A DNA stretch of 64,000 bases from the human T2T-CHM13v2.0 reference genome, Homo sapiens. The stretch lies in the NCBI RefSeq assembly GCF_009914755.1, contig NC_060930.1. One strand, given 5' to 3'. Below, in pieces: positions 1-13,579 of this stretch (position 1 is the stretch's first letter; every line of letters starts with the position of its first letter). A model generated the notes under the pieces. The model saw only the letters and a list, made by a program, of their open reading frames with translations. It searched no databases and was not told the origin of the DNA. Position numbers and translations under genes: made by a program.

Positions 1-1699
1 GCACAAAATTCTTTAAAAGTAGTATTCTCTGCTACAGCATTTTCTTCTCCAGGTACTATTTTCCTGATCTCCACAAACAGCATCTAAATTGCTTTCCCCC
101 CCCGCCACCATCAATCTCAGCCATATGCTTTGCTATACTCTAACCTTATTTCCTGGGATTAGTGTAGCCCATTACTTTAGTCACAATACTTCAGTCAGTA
201 ATAGATGTCTAACTGGGACTAATTTTATTTGACAAAACATAGGAAAAGTTTGGATACAGGTTTCTCTGGGAAAAAAATCAGCTAGGTAACAAATAAGTTG
301 TGTATATATACAATGTGCCAAGCGCATTTAGAATATAGGAGAACATTGCTTCAGGTGCAGAGGACAGTAACTTCTAGATGTACAAAATGCTTGTAACATC
401 ATCAGAGGAGCTGTAGGAACCAGACCAAGGCTCAGCTGTTGTTAGGAATAATTCCAAGAACACCACAAAAGAACTGGTCTAATAAGGCACTGCTTTCCCT
501 CCTATCAGAAAGCTGGGTCATCAGGAGACTGCTGGTCCAACTACTGGCTTCAGTATTACAGTGTTTCCTTCAAAGTGCAGGCATCAGAAAGCCAGCAGTT
601 GCTCCCAAGATCACATCATATCAACTACAATTCAAGCCCCATGTCCTGCCTCTTATTCTCATAAGGCAGGAATTGGATATTGGAAACTCTGATACCATTA
701 AATGTGGAACAAACCAAACAAAAATATCCACGACTGTGCTTACCTGCAGAACTAGCAGAAGCAACGAAGTAGAGACGTTGGCTTCTTTCTATCATGTACA
801 TCATATATTGGTGGCTCTTTTGGGCAGGCAATGATCACCTGAAAGAGAGTCTAGAAACTGTCTTAAATTTCTTGGCCTCAAAAATAAACATATTATACAG
901 GAACAGTAATGGAGCTTTTGTTGCCAGTCTGCAATAATTTATAGCAGTCAACAAGACAGAATCTTTATCTTTGATGATGTTCTAATAAAATAAAAAGTTT
1001 ATGTCCTCATAAGGAGCCTCTTCTCTTTCTGGGGAGCAACTAGAACAGATGTGTGGTATACCTCGTCCAGATAGTGTGGTGTGTACAGATAAGTCTCTAA
1101 CTTCTCTCAGTCATTTAACTACCTTGCAGGAAGACAGCCTAAAGATAAAACCAATGAATAAAGAAGAGTTGAGCTAATAAATTCATACAGAAATATATAA
1201 CTGGAGTTCTGGTGACATCATGAATCTCTATTTTAAGCAGTGCCTGAATCCAGTCTTCCTTGAAATTCTTTGTTAACTCAACCAGTAAGGTCTTCTCTTT
1301 GGCTAAGCCACATTGATTTGGATTTTCCATCTTTGCAGCTAAATGATTCTTATTTATATGACATTTAGAAACAGAAATGGAGTATTGAAAGAGCTATAAC
1401 CTAACATATGGAGTTGGCTAAATTAGAGAGAAAGCAATTATGATTCTGTTATTAAGAGCTAGAAAACTGGCAATCTTTACTATATGCTGTAAAAATTTCT
1501 TGTTAAACTGGTAGCAGTTGTAGCTTTGGCTGAGACAATGTACCTACTGAAGCTAAAGCATTAAAGCGCTAAGTAGGAAAATTTCAAGATATTAGTGTGT
1601 TGGCTTCCTCTTCTAGCATTTTTTTTTTTTGCCATCATCTACTAACTATATATGCTGCAGCAGGCAATATTCTGTTTACTTTTATCAGCTTGTTTAAGA

Positions 1700-1780
1700 C
1701 TCAGAATAACTGATTACACAGGTACAATCATTATCTCCATTTTACTGATGAAGAAACTGAGACATTCTTCCATTAAGTAC
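1700..1780 (-). mobile_element. MIR SINE fragment
   Basis: attatctccattttactgatgaagaaactgag is the reverse complement of the MIR core (ctcagtttcctcatctgtaaaatggggataat). Confidence 0.65.
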
Positions 1781-2683
1781 CTAGACAAAAGAACAATATG
1801 GACTGAAACTTAACTGTCTAAAATAAGAAAAGGAAGAATATTCACTTTTCCCAGGGTGATCCTTTTGTCCTGTGTCCTGTGTCTAACAAAGTGACTGAAA
1901 GTGAGGTTATATGGAACTTTGCACTGAGGGGAAAAAACTATCAGCCCTATTCTAATATTAGTTACAATAAAATCTGAGAAAAAGATACTATAAAATTGGG
2001 GCTATAAAATTGGGGCCTGAGAGAAGTCTTATTGTCTAGGCACCTCTCCAGTAAACTCTTGTGCTTTTACTACATAAAAACGGACCCATCCCCCTAATTG
2101 TAAAGATGCACATGAATGACCCCCTCTTCCATTTCACCCTATCAGCCTATTGCCCTAATATTTTCTGAAAAAAAAAAAAAAAAGATTTTTTTTTTTTAAT
2201 GAGGCCGTTGAACTAACACCTGTTTTTGAAAACAAATTTTTCAGGACAGGTTAGAGAGGCAAAGACCATGATCTAAATACATCCCTAGTTTTGTTTACTA
2301 TCCCTTGGAGTTTAACAAAAGAAACCAAAGAAAAAAATAGTTAAAGCAGTAAGAAAGTAGCTTGAGGGCAAAACCCCCAAATGAGAGGAATTACTGAGGA
2401 ATTAAGCATGTTGATGGCTCTACCCCTTAGGCAATTCTCAGTCTCCAATAATGAGAAAGTAAGCTTTTGAAGTCCCAAAAGTAGATAACACCCAAATTCT
2501 TACTCAAGGTGTAGTCACAATGACAGTGGACAAAGATTTCTTCCAGGGACTACAGAAGCAACATATTAGCCAAAAACTTACTTGGTTCTCAGAGCAAGAA
2601 GTCCATGTTACTCTGGCCCAGTGGAAAATAATATATGTCACAGATCATTGATCAATATGTATTTTTATTTGCTATTACTATGG

Positions 2684-3047
2684 TGATACAGTTTGGCTCT
2701 GTGTCCCCACCTAAATCTCACCTGAATTATAATTCCCATAATCCCCACATGTTGAGGAAGGGACCTGGTGGGAGATGACTGAATCACAGGGGCAGATTCC
2801 CCCATGCTGTTCTCATGATAGTGAGTTCTCACAAGATCTGACAGTTTTATAAGGCAGTTTTCCCTGTTCTTGCTCTCTCTCTCTTTCCTGCCACCATGTA
2901 AGATGTGCCTCTTTCCCTTTTGCCATGATTGTAAGCTTCCTGAGGCCTCCCCAGCCATGCAGAACTGTGAGTCAATTAAACCTCTTTTTTTACAATTTAT
3001 CCAGTCTCTGGTATGTCTTTATACCCATGTGAAAATGGGCTAATACA
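2684..3047 (+). mobile_element. THE1 (THE1C/D-like) MaLR solo LTR
   Basis: TG...CA termini (tgatacagtttggctctgtgtcccc ... gggctaataca); typical THE1 body with caattaaacctc poly(A) signal region; 5-bp TSD tatgg/catgg. Confidence 0.92.
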
Positions 3048-3160
3048 CATGGTATAGTGATTGTGTTGAAAGAAATCAAACTTCCAAGTTAAACCTTGTC
3101 AGGTCACTCCAAAAGAAGCTAAATCTAAACAAATCTAAGAATATGGCTCATTGCCTAGAG

Positions 3161-3380
3161 CAAGGGTCAACAAATTACAGTGTGGGGCCAAACCCACCTG
3201 CTTTCCGTACTTGTGTTTATAAATGAAATCTTATTGAAACACAGCTATATGAATTGTTTACATGTTGTCTACAGCTGCTTTAACACTGCAGTGCAAAAGC
3301 TAGCAGAGACAAATAATTGCTACAGAGACAGTAAGATTCACAGAGCCCAAAATATTTCAGAATTGTTTTGCTGAGCCCCA
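3161..3380 (+). mobile_element. MER58A-like hAT-Charlie DNA transposon
   Basis: Matches MER58A consensus (caggggtcggcaaactac...ttattggaacacagc...aaatattt...gccgacccctg); 8-bp TSD gcctagag/acctagag. Confidence 0.85.
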
Positions 3381-3417
3381 ACCTAGAGAATCCTAGATTT
3401 GGATCTGGATGCAGCAG

Positions 3418-4005
3418 TGTGGTTGTTTCATGAGTTGCACAACCACAGACACATTCAATGATTCACTAGAAGGATTCATGAGACTCAAAAGCAGTTGCAC
3501 TCAGGATAATGTTTATTACAGGGAAAGATACAAAGCAGGATCTACAAAGGGAAAAGGTGCGCCAAGTGGAGTCTGTTGGTAACCAGGCACTTATTTCTAA
3601 AGTTGTTACGGAAGTCGCACAGGATATGCTCTTCCTTCAGCAATGAACTGTGGCACTCAAAAAGTGTTTTTGCCAAGGAAGATGCTTGAGTCTTAGAGTG
3701 CAATACTTATTGAGGGCTGATCACATGGGTACATTGACCTGCATGACCAGCCATGATGAACTCCAGACTCCCAGAAGGAAACCAGAGCTCACCAGAAATC
3801 ACAATGTGGGCACAAACTACCTTGACAAGTCAGTACAGCATGGTTCAGTGCCCTACGTGTACAAAACAACCTTATTAATTAATAACAGAAGGAGCATCCA
3901 AGCACTATGTTCCCAGGAGTTGGCCAAGGGTCAACCACACAATCAGTTCCTCCTGAAGATGTGCTAGCATTGAACAGCCAAGCCTGAGGTGTTAACTCTT
4001 CCCTA
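3418..4005 (-). mobile_element. ERVL-class LTR, MER21/MER68/MER77 group
   Basis: Motifs gattcactagaaggattc, gtttattacagggaaagatacaaagc, ccagactcccagaaggaaa, gtgttaactctt typical of this group in reverse orientation. Confidence 0.7.
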
Positions 4006-4134
4006 TTTGATGATGCAGGTATGGATGGTCTCCTTCTTGGAAGGAAGATGAGATGAGTACATTGGATATAGGCCTCAACATAACTTTGTGGGAAGAAGAA
4101 TGCATACAAATGTGGGGTAATTAAGTGGTAAAAA

Positions 4135-5030
<896 letters not shown>

Positions 5031-5150
5031 AGTATCATTATTCCTATTTTGCAAGTGAGAAAAACAAGATATAGAAAAGTTGATTAACTTGCCTATACTC
5101 ACAACAAAAATAAATGGCAGAGCCAGGATTCAATTCAGTTCTCTTTGTGT
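5031..5150 (-). mobile_element. MIR SINE
   Basis: attattcctattttgcaagtgagaaa...aacttgcc...aaatggcagagccaggattcaa is reverse MIR. Confidence 0.75.
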
Positions 5151-5305
5151 CCAGAAGACATATATTATTTTTCCCAATTCATAGTCATGAGATTAGAAGC
5201 TTCTTGTTGAACTCACCTTGCATCCCTCACCAAAATCAGCTGGGTACTTGGGACCTACCATACATTCAGGTAACTCATGGGAATTTATTGTGACATCATT
5301 GATTT

Positions 5306-5395
5306 ATAGCTATGCCATCCCTACAAATTGAGACTAGATGAGCCTTAATGTGAAAAGGCTTATCTATTCCCACTTTGTAGGGATGACATAGCTAT
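5306..5395. repeat. 90-nt near-perfect inverted repeat (41-bp arms, 8-nt loop)
   Basis: Arms 5306-5346 and 5355-5395 pair at 36/41 Watson-Crick positions (checked by hand). Confidence 0.9.
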
Positions 5396-7009
5396 CCCAA
5401 CATGTGATATATTGAAGTGGAGACCAAACTGACCATTCTTCTTAGTTTATGTTCTCCTCCTCCTTAACTACTTCATACATTTTATTTCATTTTTCCTGAA
5501 GTATATAAGATATGAAAAAGAGATCTATATAATTCTGAGATACCTGAAGAACTTCAGATTTTAGGTTCAAAAGTTACATCCAAATAAAAAGTTAGTTGGA
5601 TTTAGTTCCTAGTGGAAATCATCTCAAATCATTTGACTAGGCTTGTCTATAACTGTATTTATCAAATATTCATGCTTATGTACCATTTCAGTTACATTCA
5701 TAGAGGAAAAAAAACTACTACATATGTCCCTAGAAAGAAAAAGGTGAAGTATAACTGTGGGGGAAAATCTTTTCAAATATTCTCATACTGTGAGCCTATT
5801 ATAAGTGCAAAAAGATTAAAGATATAGTTTAAAGGTGTGTATTTAAATGACTACAAATAACTGTTTAACTGGAGCTGCCTAGGGTACATCAGTAGCCCCT
5901 AAATGATCAAAGGCTATTGCTGCAGGCAAGGTCCAAAACCACCTGCTTATATAAAAAACTTTAGATGACAGCATTGATTTTGTGCATGTATATTGATACT
6001 TCCTGAAACAACTATTTTAAAAAATTATCCATCCAAAACTGACAGAAGGCAAACAGATTGAGAGTTAAGTCTGTAATTCTCCTATAGACTCATTCTTTGC
6101 CTTATATAGAAATGTGATAATTTCTTAGGATATTTCACATATTTCCTCCTTTGCCATTGTTATCCACAGGAAGAAGAAAATTCAGGTTATATTGCAACTT
6201 AAATGATTATCCTTTCACTCATAATAGGCAACCCCAAGCAAAACTGTGAAATATGATAGATTTTTTTCTTTTCTATGTCCACTTTAAGTTCTACCATTGT
6301 ATGAAAATGCAAGCAAACTAGTGACACTAATATTTCACTTTTTTAAAAAACAACCACAGAAAGAAATATATGCAACATACTTATTAATCCACATATATAG
6401 TCCAGATAGATAACATATAACTTTTGTTTTAATTATATATACATAATATATTTTATATATTATACAATTATAATATGGAGCTTATGGAATATATAATTGA
6501 AACAAAAGTTATACAAAATGATATTTACCTGTATTTTATGTAATGCACTATGACATTTTTTATTCTGTTCTTTTTCATCTTTTTCATCTTTGTTAAATGT
6601 AGGTCACAATATGACTTACTCCATTAATTTCAAAAACTATTAATGAGTTATGACTCACAAATTTAGGAGTGATAATTTACACTAACAGATAACTATCCAT
6701 CAATGTCCCAAATTCCTAATTCTATTATTTACATAGCAGCAGGGATACAAACCAATGAAAGATGGTTAATAATAGAATACCAGGCATCAGTGAAGACACA
6801 GGGAATAATTACCCGAAAGATTTACCTGAGTTTGGTGGATTGTTCCACCAGGAGAGTTTTTTTTCTTGCAAAGCTCAGTGAGACCACTTATCACAACCTT
6901 ACTTGTGGCGACTCATAAAGTGACATGAGTCGCTTTCAGCCTGATCATAAATCTTCCCATGAGTGATCCCCCATCCTCCATCCTCTGACTTGAGACAGAT
7001 TAACATAAC

Positions 7010-7222
7010 AGTATTGAAAGCCAAGTGTTCACAATGGCAAAAATATAAGATGGAAGGAGTCTGAATATCTTAACCACTGATTTTTTTTAAAAAAAATCTG
7101 TCTATCAATCACGAACACCAGTTTTGGACTTTACATGAGAGATAAAGAAATGTCTATTTTGCTAAGTCCCAAAGATTTGGGGGTTTGTTTATTAAAGCAG
7201 CTAGTATTATTTCAACTAATGC
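7010..7222 (+). mobile_element. MLT1 LTR 3' part
   Basis: aagatggaaggagtctg...ggactttacatgagagataaagaaatgtctattttgctaag...aactaatgc resembles the MLT1H/J 3' end. Confidence 0.6.
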
Positions 7223-8959
7223 GTAAGCTATCATTTTGGAAATTACTAAGAATAGCCTTCTAAGAGGACGTGATAGGAAGTCTTCCTCTTCAAGAAAAGA
7301 TACAACGCATGAGGCATCCCCAATAAGAAAAAATAGAGGCACCGATTTTGTGATCATAGATAATTCAGGTTCTACTCAGATTCCTTTCTATATGAGCTCT
7401 TCTTAGTCTACTTTTTCATATTTCTTTTAGGGTCTCCTTTTCCACTTTGTTTTACATTCCTCTATAAACTTTTCACAAATCCATAAATTTATCCCAGACT
7501 TTCTTCCATATTCCAAATCCAAATTCCTTTCACCGCTCAGCAATGATAAACATATTTACATATAAATTAGATGACAAAAGCAAGTGCAAAAAGGAACAGT
7601 GAAACTACGATAGGCCATTTCCAGAACTAGCTGAGTATGTGCTCAAAGTAGATGTGTACTTGTCTGACTTAGAATTCTTTGTCTTCCTCTCTCTCTCTGT
7701 CTCATAGTTGAAATTATTTCTTCTTTGGTGGACAAAGAATATGTTGACCAGCAGTTCTTACTTCATCAATAAGGTGGTTTTCTGTTTTATTGTTATGGAT
7801 ATTTTGCCTTTAGGAATTTTGGGGGCCATGAATTCATTTACCCATTTGCCTGACATTCTTGGAAGAGACTATCACTGAAAACCAGGAAGCAGGGCAGAGA
7901 GAACAAATGCGTAGAACAAAAAGAAATTTTGACCCCTTTGATTACTCTTACATGACATGCTATGTAGTACATGGGGAATTATCAAAGCCTCAATTGACAG
8001 AATACACCAAATACCACCCTCCCAAAACCCAAGAATAGTTAAATTTGTTGTGAGAAAATTCATGCTAAGCTTTATTGGCCATGGGGATAATTTGTTTAAT
8101 GAACAAAGACAGTGCACTTTCACTTCAAGTGTCTGTGTGCAAAGGTATAATGCAGTGGACAGAGTCTAGTCAAAATCTTTGCTCCAAACCACATTACTTG
8201 TAAAGCACTGATAATTGACCAAAGATTTTTGAAACTCAGAGTTTTCTTATCATTGGAAGTAGGCATTACCTAGCTGAGTGTTTAAATTATTAGACTGAGT
8301 GTATATTTTTTTTTCAGCAAATAGGTGCTGAATAAATAAACCATATTACCATTAAAAACAGGAAAACACTGTCATACTAAACATTCTTAGGACTTCAAAT
8401 AGTTTTTTTAAATAACATATGTGAACTGGGCATTTTCAACTATAGAAAAGAATATGTTCTTGTCTGTATATTATATATTAATACTGCATTTCATAGGAAT
8501 TTTTATTGGTGAAACAAAATATGTTGGTTGAGGGAAAGGCTAATATGTATCTAATCTATTTATATTTACAGAAAAATTCCCAAAAGCTTGAATCTACAAG
8601 AAGTGCAAAACTATTATTAATTTATTTTTTACTTAATTTCAGATTTATAAAAAAATTATTTTAACACTTGTAAAAAAATTTTCCCAAACTATATTTGTTC
8701 AATTTTACACTAAAGTAGGAACATAATCGATTAGTTTTCTAATGACTGAGGTTTTTGCATAACTCAGGATAACCATTGTCAAAATATAAATCATATAAAT
8801 TTACAAAATCTGGAACCACAGTATGGTACTGTAGATGTAAAAATTGTAGACTTCAGAGATAAATATTTGGCTAAATGTGTACTAACCAAGGACCATCTCC
8901 TAGAAACTGGTTTATATTGCATAAAATATTTAATGTGAGCCTGTGTTCTTGTGATTCAT

Positions 8960-11300
8960 TTTCATTTATGTTTATTTTTGAAGTATTTTAAATATACAAA
9001 AGATTTTCACATACCCACCACATTTTTTAGAAAATAAAACATCACAGGGTTAGTTGAAGCAGCTCCTCTGTCCTGAGATGTAATTAATAATTGGAATATC
9101 GTGTGTCTCTCCCCCAAACCATGTCTTTATGCTTTACCACATATATAGGTAATTATAAATCATTAATAATAATATGTTTGTATTTTACAGTTCCAAATAC
9201 TATAGTTGGACTTTTTATTGATCTGGTAATTTCTATTTTTAAGAATCTTTTTAAAGTATTATTTTTTTACAGAGACAGGGTCTCACTCTGTCACCAAGGC
9301 TGGAATGCAGTGATACAATTATAGCTCACTGTAACCTTCAACTCTTGAGCTCAAGCAATCTTCTTTCCTGGCTAGGACTATAGGTATATTCCACAAGTAA
9401 CTTTTTATTTATTTTGTAGAGAAGGAGTCTCACTATGGTGCCTAGGCTAGTCTTGAACTCTTGGCCTCAGGCAATCTTCCTGCCTTTACCTCCGGAGACA
9501 ATGGGATTACAGACATGAGCCACCATGCCCAGTATGTCCATTTTCTATTATTGTTAATACATTTAAATGTATTTTTACAATTTTATGCTTTCTCTTTTCT
9601 ATAATTTTCTCTTGCTTATTTTTTCCTCCTCCGTGACTTATATTTGAATAATCAAATCTTCTTTGTTTTCTTCTTTTTCCTCTATTAATTGGTGTTTCTA
9701 TTCTTAAGTGGTTGCATTGAAAATTTAACAGGTATAAATAACTTGAATTTAACAAGCATCACTGCCAAGGCCCTAGCTTCTCTATTTGTTTTCCCTTATA
9801 CAGGAATTCATTTTTTAGAACATATTTCACTGAGAATCAGTGCATAGTAAATTGTCTTAGTTTTTGTTTGGTATAACTTTTTTTCACCTATCTCCTAAGT
9901 GACAGTTTTTCAGGATAAAAACTTCCATGTTAACAGTTTTTACCCTGAAAAACTGTCATTTAGGAGATATTTTCAATACACTATTTTTTTTGTGTTCTGG
10001 TCATTAGTTTTGTATGAAGAAAATTTTCAGTAAGTCTGTTTGGGATTTTTTGTTTGTTTTTTGCAGGTAAGTCATATTTTACTTCTATTTGCTTTAAAAA
10101 TTTTTGCTATCTTTGGTGTTTTTCAAATCTTTAACGATGCATGCAGTGATCTTTACATACATTGCTTTAGATTTGTGCTTCTTTTTCTGAGATTCTTTAC
10201 TTCCAACAATTAATGAAACTTCTCAACTATTATCTCTGAGTATTGGCACTCCCCCATTTCTATGCTTATCTCTGGAAAAGCTATTAGACATACGTCAGCA
10301 TTTATTATTCTACCTACTGTTAATCTCTTTTTTATAATTTCTATTTCTTAATCACTTTTTTGCTATGATCCCAGTGAGCTTCTCAAATCTGTCTTTTAGT
10401 TCACTAATAAATGCTTCAGAGTAAGCTGTATGCATTTAACCTGTATATTATATTTCTAGATTTATTTTTAGTATGCCATATCTTTGATATGTTTGTTTAT
10501 TGTGTTCTGTTATTTCATGATACTTTATGTATTGGTTAGATGTTCATGTTTTGTCATTTTAAACACAACTTATACTTACCCTTTATATTTTCCTATTGCC
10601 TCTTGTTTTTAGTTTTGAGAGAAATAGAGCTCTCCATTAATATGTCTATTCTTTCTCCTGTGGAATATTTCCTAATGTTTTAAATAAATGCCTGCTATGA
10701 GATTATCAGCAATAGGGTTTTTGTTTCATTTTTGCTGTAGTTGTTGTAGCTGGGGGAAGAAAGTCCTATTTGTGAAAGTGTCCCCTACAGAGGCATTCTG
10801 CATTTACCAGATGTCCAGGGGCATCACAAGTAGAGAGGTACTTGCTATGTTAATGTCTCAGCTTGGATTTCTACTTGCCATTACATTGTTCAAACTTGAA
10901 GTCCTTTCATACTTTTTTATGGGAGACTTTTTTTTTCCAAATAATCAGAGCCCCAAGCAGGACAAGCTTCAAAGAGGTAGAATTTTCTAGTCCCTATATT
11001 ACAGAGCATTTTCAAAGTTGTATAGAGAGGTTGGTTTTATCTCATGACCTTGCATGGACCCTGGGCCATATCTCCAAGTCTTGCAAGGATTTCAACAGCT
11101 CAGCCTCTCAATGTTAAAGCCAATATCTCGGTTCGTTTCATACTTACCACTAACACTTTGCTCAGCAGTTATTCCATCAACTTGCATTGTTACTGCTCCC
11201 ACTTGAGGTTTTTGGTCTTCTTTATTCCCCTCTTATGTTCTTTTAAATTTCCATGAATATTAATGTTTTGGTTATATTTTATCCAGCAATGCAAATGTTT
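8960..11300 (-). mobile_element. Ancient L1M fragments (antisense)
   Basis: T-rich degenerate sequence resembling the reverse complement of L1M 3'UTR, ORF1 and 5' regions; interrupted by an AluJ. Confidence 0.55.
9262..9532 (-). mobile_element. AluJ (degenerate)
   Basis: agagacagggtctcactctgtcacc...ctcaagcaatc...gggattacagacatgagccaccatgcccag. Confidence 0.9.
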
Positions 11301-11499
11301 AAAATTGAAAGTGGCCTTATATGAATTAGGCTACCATGCAAGAAAAATAGGTTTATTGTCTTCTTTTTCTCATTAGTGAAGTAACATAAAAAGTCCTGGT
11401 TAATCAAAGTTTCTAGTTAGGTTGATTACACATAATTCAAAAGTTTATTATGGTAAAAAATGGAGGTAGAGGTAAACCTAGTATATTGAAATATTGAAT

Positions 11500-12515
11500 T
11501 CCATGACTTAACATAAAAATTGATACTTTGATTTAATCGAAATTTAAAATTTCTGTTCATCCAAAGACACTATTAATTTAAAATGCAAACCACGAGCTGG
11601 GAGAAAATACATGCAATGCATATATCTAACAAAGGACTTGTATTCAGAATGTACAAAAAAATCTTACAAAACATTAACTTAAAAAATTATAAGAAGGGCA
11701 AAAGACGAGCAGATGCTTTGCAAAAGATGATACATGCCTGGCTAACAAGCACATAAAAAGGACTCAACACCATTATTTGTCAGAGAAATGAAAAGTAATC
11801 TCACAACTAGATAAAACTCCATACCTACTAGATTGGCTAAATTAAAAAAATAAAAAAGAAAGCAAAAAACTGGCACCACCACCAAATGTTAGTGACAATA
11901 TGGGGCAATGGAAACTCTCCAAAACTTTGGTGGCAATGTAAAAATGTTTTACAGTCTCTTATAAATTAATTGTATATCTCCCTCATGGCCCAGCAATTCT
12001 ACTCTTAAGTTTTCCCCCCGAAAATGAAAACATATCCACCAAAAGATCAGTAGAAAAATCTCCCTAATAGCCTTATTTCTAATAATAAAAAAAGTAAAGA
12101 ACCCAAATATTCACAAGCAAGAAAATGGAAAAACTGAGTTATATTTATGCAATGAAATACTACTTCACTCATAAAAATAAGTAAGCTACTGATATACACA
12201 ACAGCAGGCATGACTTTTAAAAATATTATGTTGAGTGAAAGGAAACAAGCACAAATAATGTATATAAATTACACAAACTTCAAAAACAGATGAAAAGAAA
12301 TATATGGTGATAGGAAATAGAATAGTGATTGCCTCTCCATTTCCAACTGGCATAAGTGGTTGACTGGAAAGAGGGATTAGAGAACTTACTGCAGTGAGGT
12401 AGAAATGTTCTATACCTGGACTGGAAAGTTGGTTACATCAGTGCATACATTTGACAAAGCATTTTAATTGTTCACTTAGTAATCCTTGTAAATTTTAGCT
12501 TAGGTTTAAAAAAAA
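11500..12515 (+). mobile_element. L1ME-type 3' end (ORF2 C-terminus plus 3'UTR)
   Basis: ttctgttcatccaaagacac, gggagaaaata, tctaacaaaggacttgtattcagaat, cccagcaattctactc, gaaatgttctatacctgg. Confidence 0.8.
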
Positions 12516-13579
12516 GTTTAATCTGGAGGTTATCAAGTATTGAGGCCAGGTATTTTAAAATCTTAACAGCGAAGATAAGGGGAAATGTGTTACTCTAAAA
12601 TAGTTTTTCGGGACTTCCCCTTGGCCAGAGGAAGCTCTCCAGAGCTTTTTCTGGCATTGAAGTTCTATATTGCTTCTTATGTCTTCTAAAAGATGATATG
12701 AAGCTTTTACAAATAATGAAGAAGTAACCCTAAAAGAATTACATAACCATACAGCTATTTCACTCTTCCAGGTGAAAGCCATTAAATAAAATGCTTGCAT
12801 TGCTAATGCTGCAGGCTTCAACCAAGTAGCTGAAACCATGATTTTTTCACCATCAGCTATAAAGATTATGGAAGATGAACTAAAAGGCAATTCTGTTGTT
12901 GATGTGTAAGGCAGACCCAAACACAGCTTGTCCATCTGTAGCTCTTGTGTTTCTGTACTGACATCAGGAAGAACAGTGTGGATTTTGTCAATAAATTTAG
13001 CACACTTGACATGGATATTTAAGGCACACAGGGAGTAGAGATTTACAGCATGCTGCCACTTTTACACAAAAGTCTCCTTATGCCTATAAAGTCAATGGGA
13101 GAGAAATAGGAGCATTTTTCCCTGAGGAACTGGTCTTTTCACACACACTGTCATAGCAGATGCAGCCAGAGTTTCAACTGCGTCACCTTCTGAAACCGAG
13201 TGAAAAGTCTTTGAGAGCCTTTGTGAGGTGCCGCATGCAAGGAAGGGCATGAAAAAGAATAAAGAAAAAAATACAGAAACAAACAAGCCATAAGACTCGG
13301 TGATGAGTCATGGTTTCCATTTAGACAAAGATTTACAAAAATTTTTCTTCAAAACTTAAACCTGTAAAGGAAAAGCAATTCTTTTAATTTGATTTGATTT
13401 GTTTTTATGTCATCTCATACATACAAGGAAAATAAAGAAGGTGAAAATAACGGGCCATCCCTCCTTTCTCTCTTCTAATGATAGTGTTTAGCAGTCTGTG
13501 TCCAGCTCTAAGCCAGAAGCCAAAGATGCAAAATGAACAGAGTTGCATCCTTGCCTGTCTACCTGGGATTACATTACCT

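Noticed and set aside
439-834. 131-aa plus-strand ORF
   Set aside because: TTG start, no recognisable domain or splice context; the region looks like a decayed MLT1-type LTR.
1988-2015. Short tandem duplications (14 bp here; also 20611-20665, 24475-24506, 50823-50858)
   Set aside because: Ordinary slippage products with 2-3 units and no spacers; not CRISPR-like.
2168-2197. A16-GA-T12 fold-back
   Set aside because: Low-complexity homopolymers; no evidence of function.
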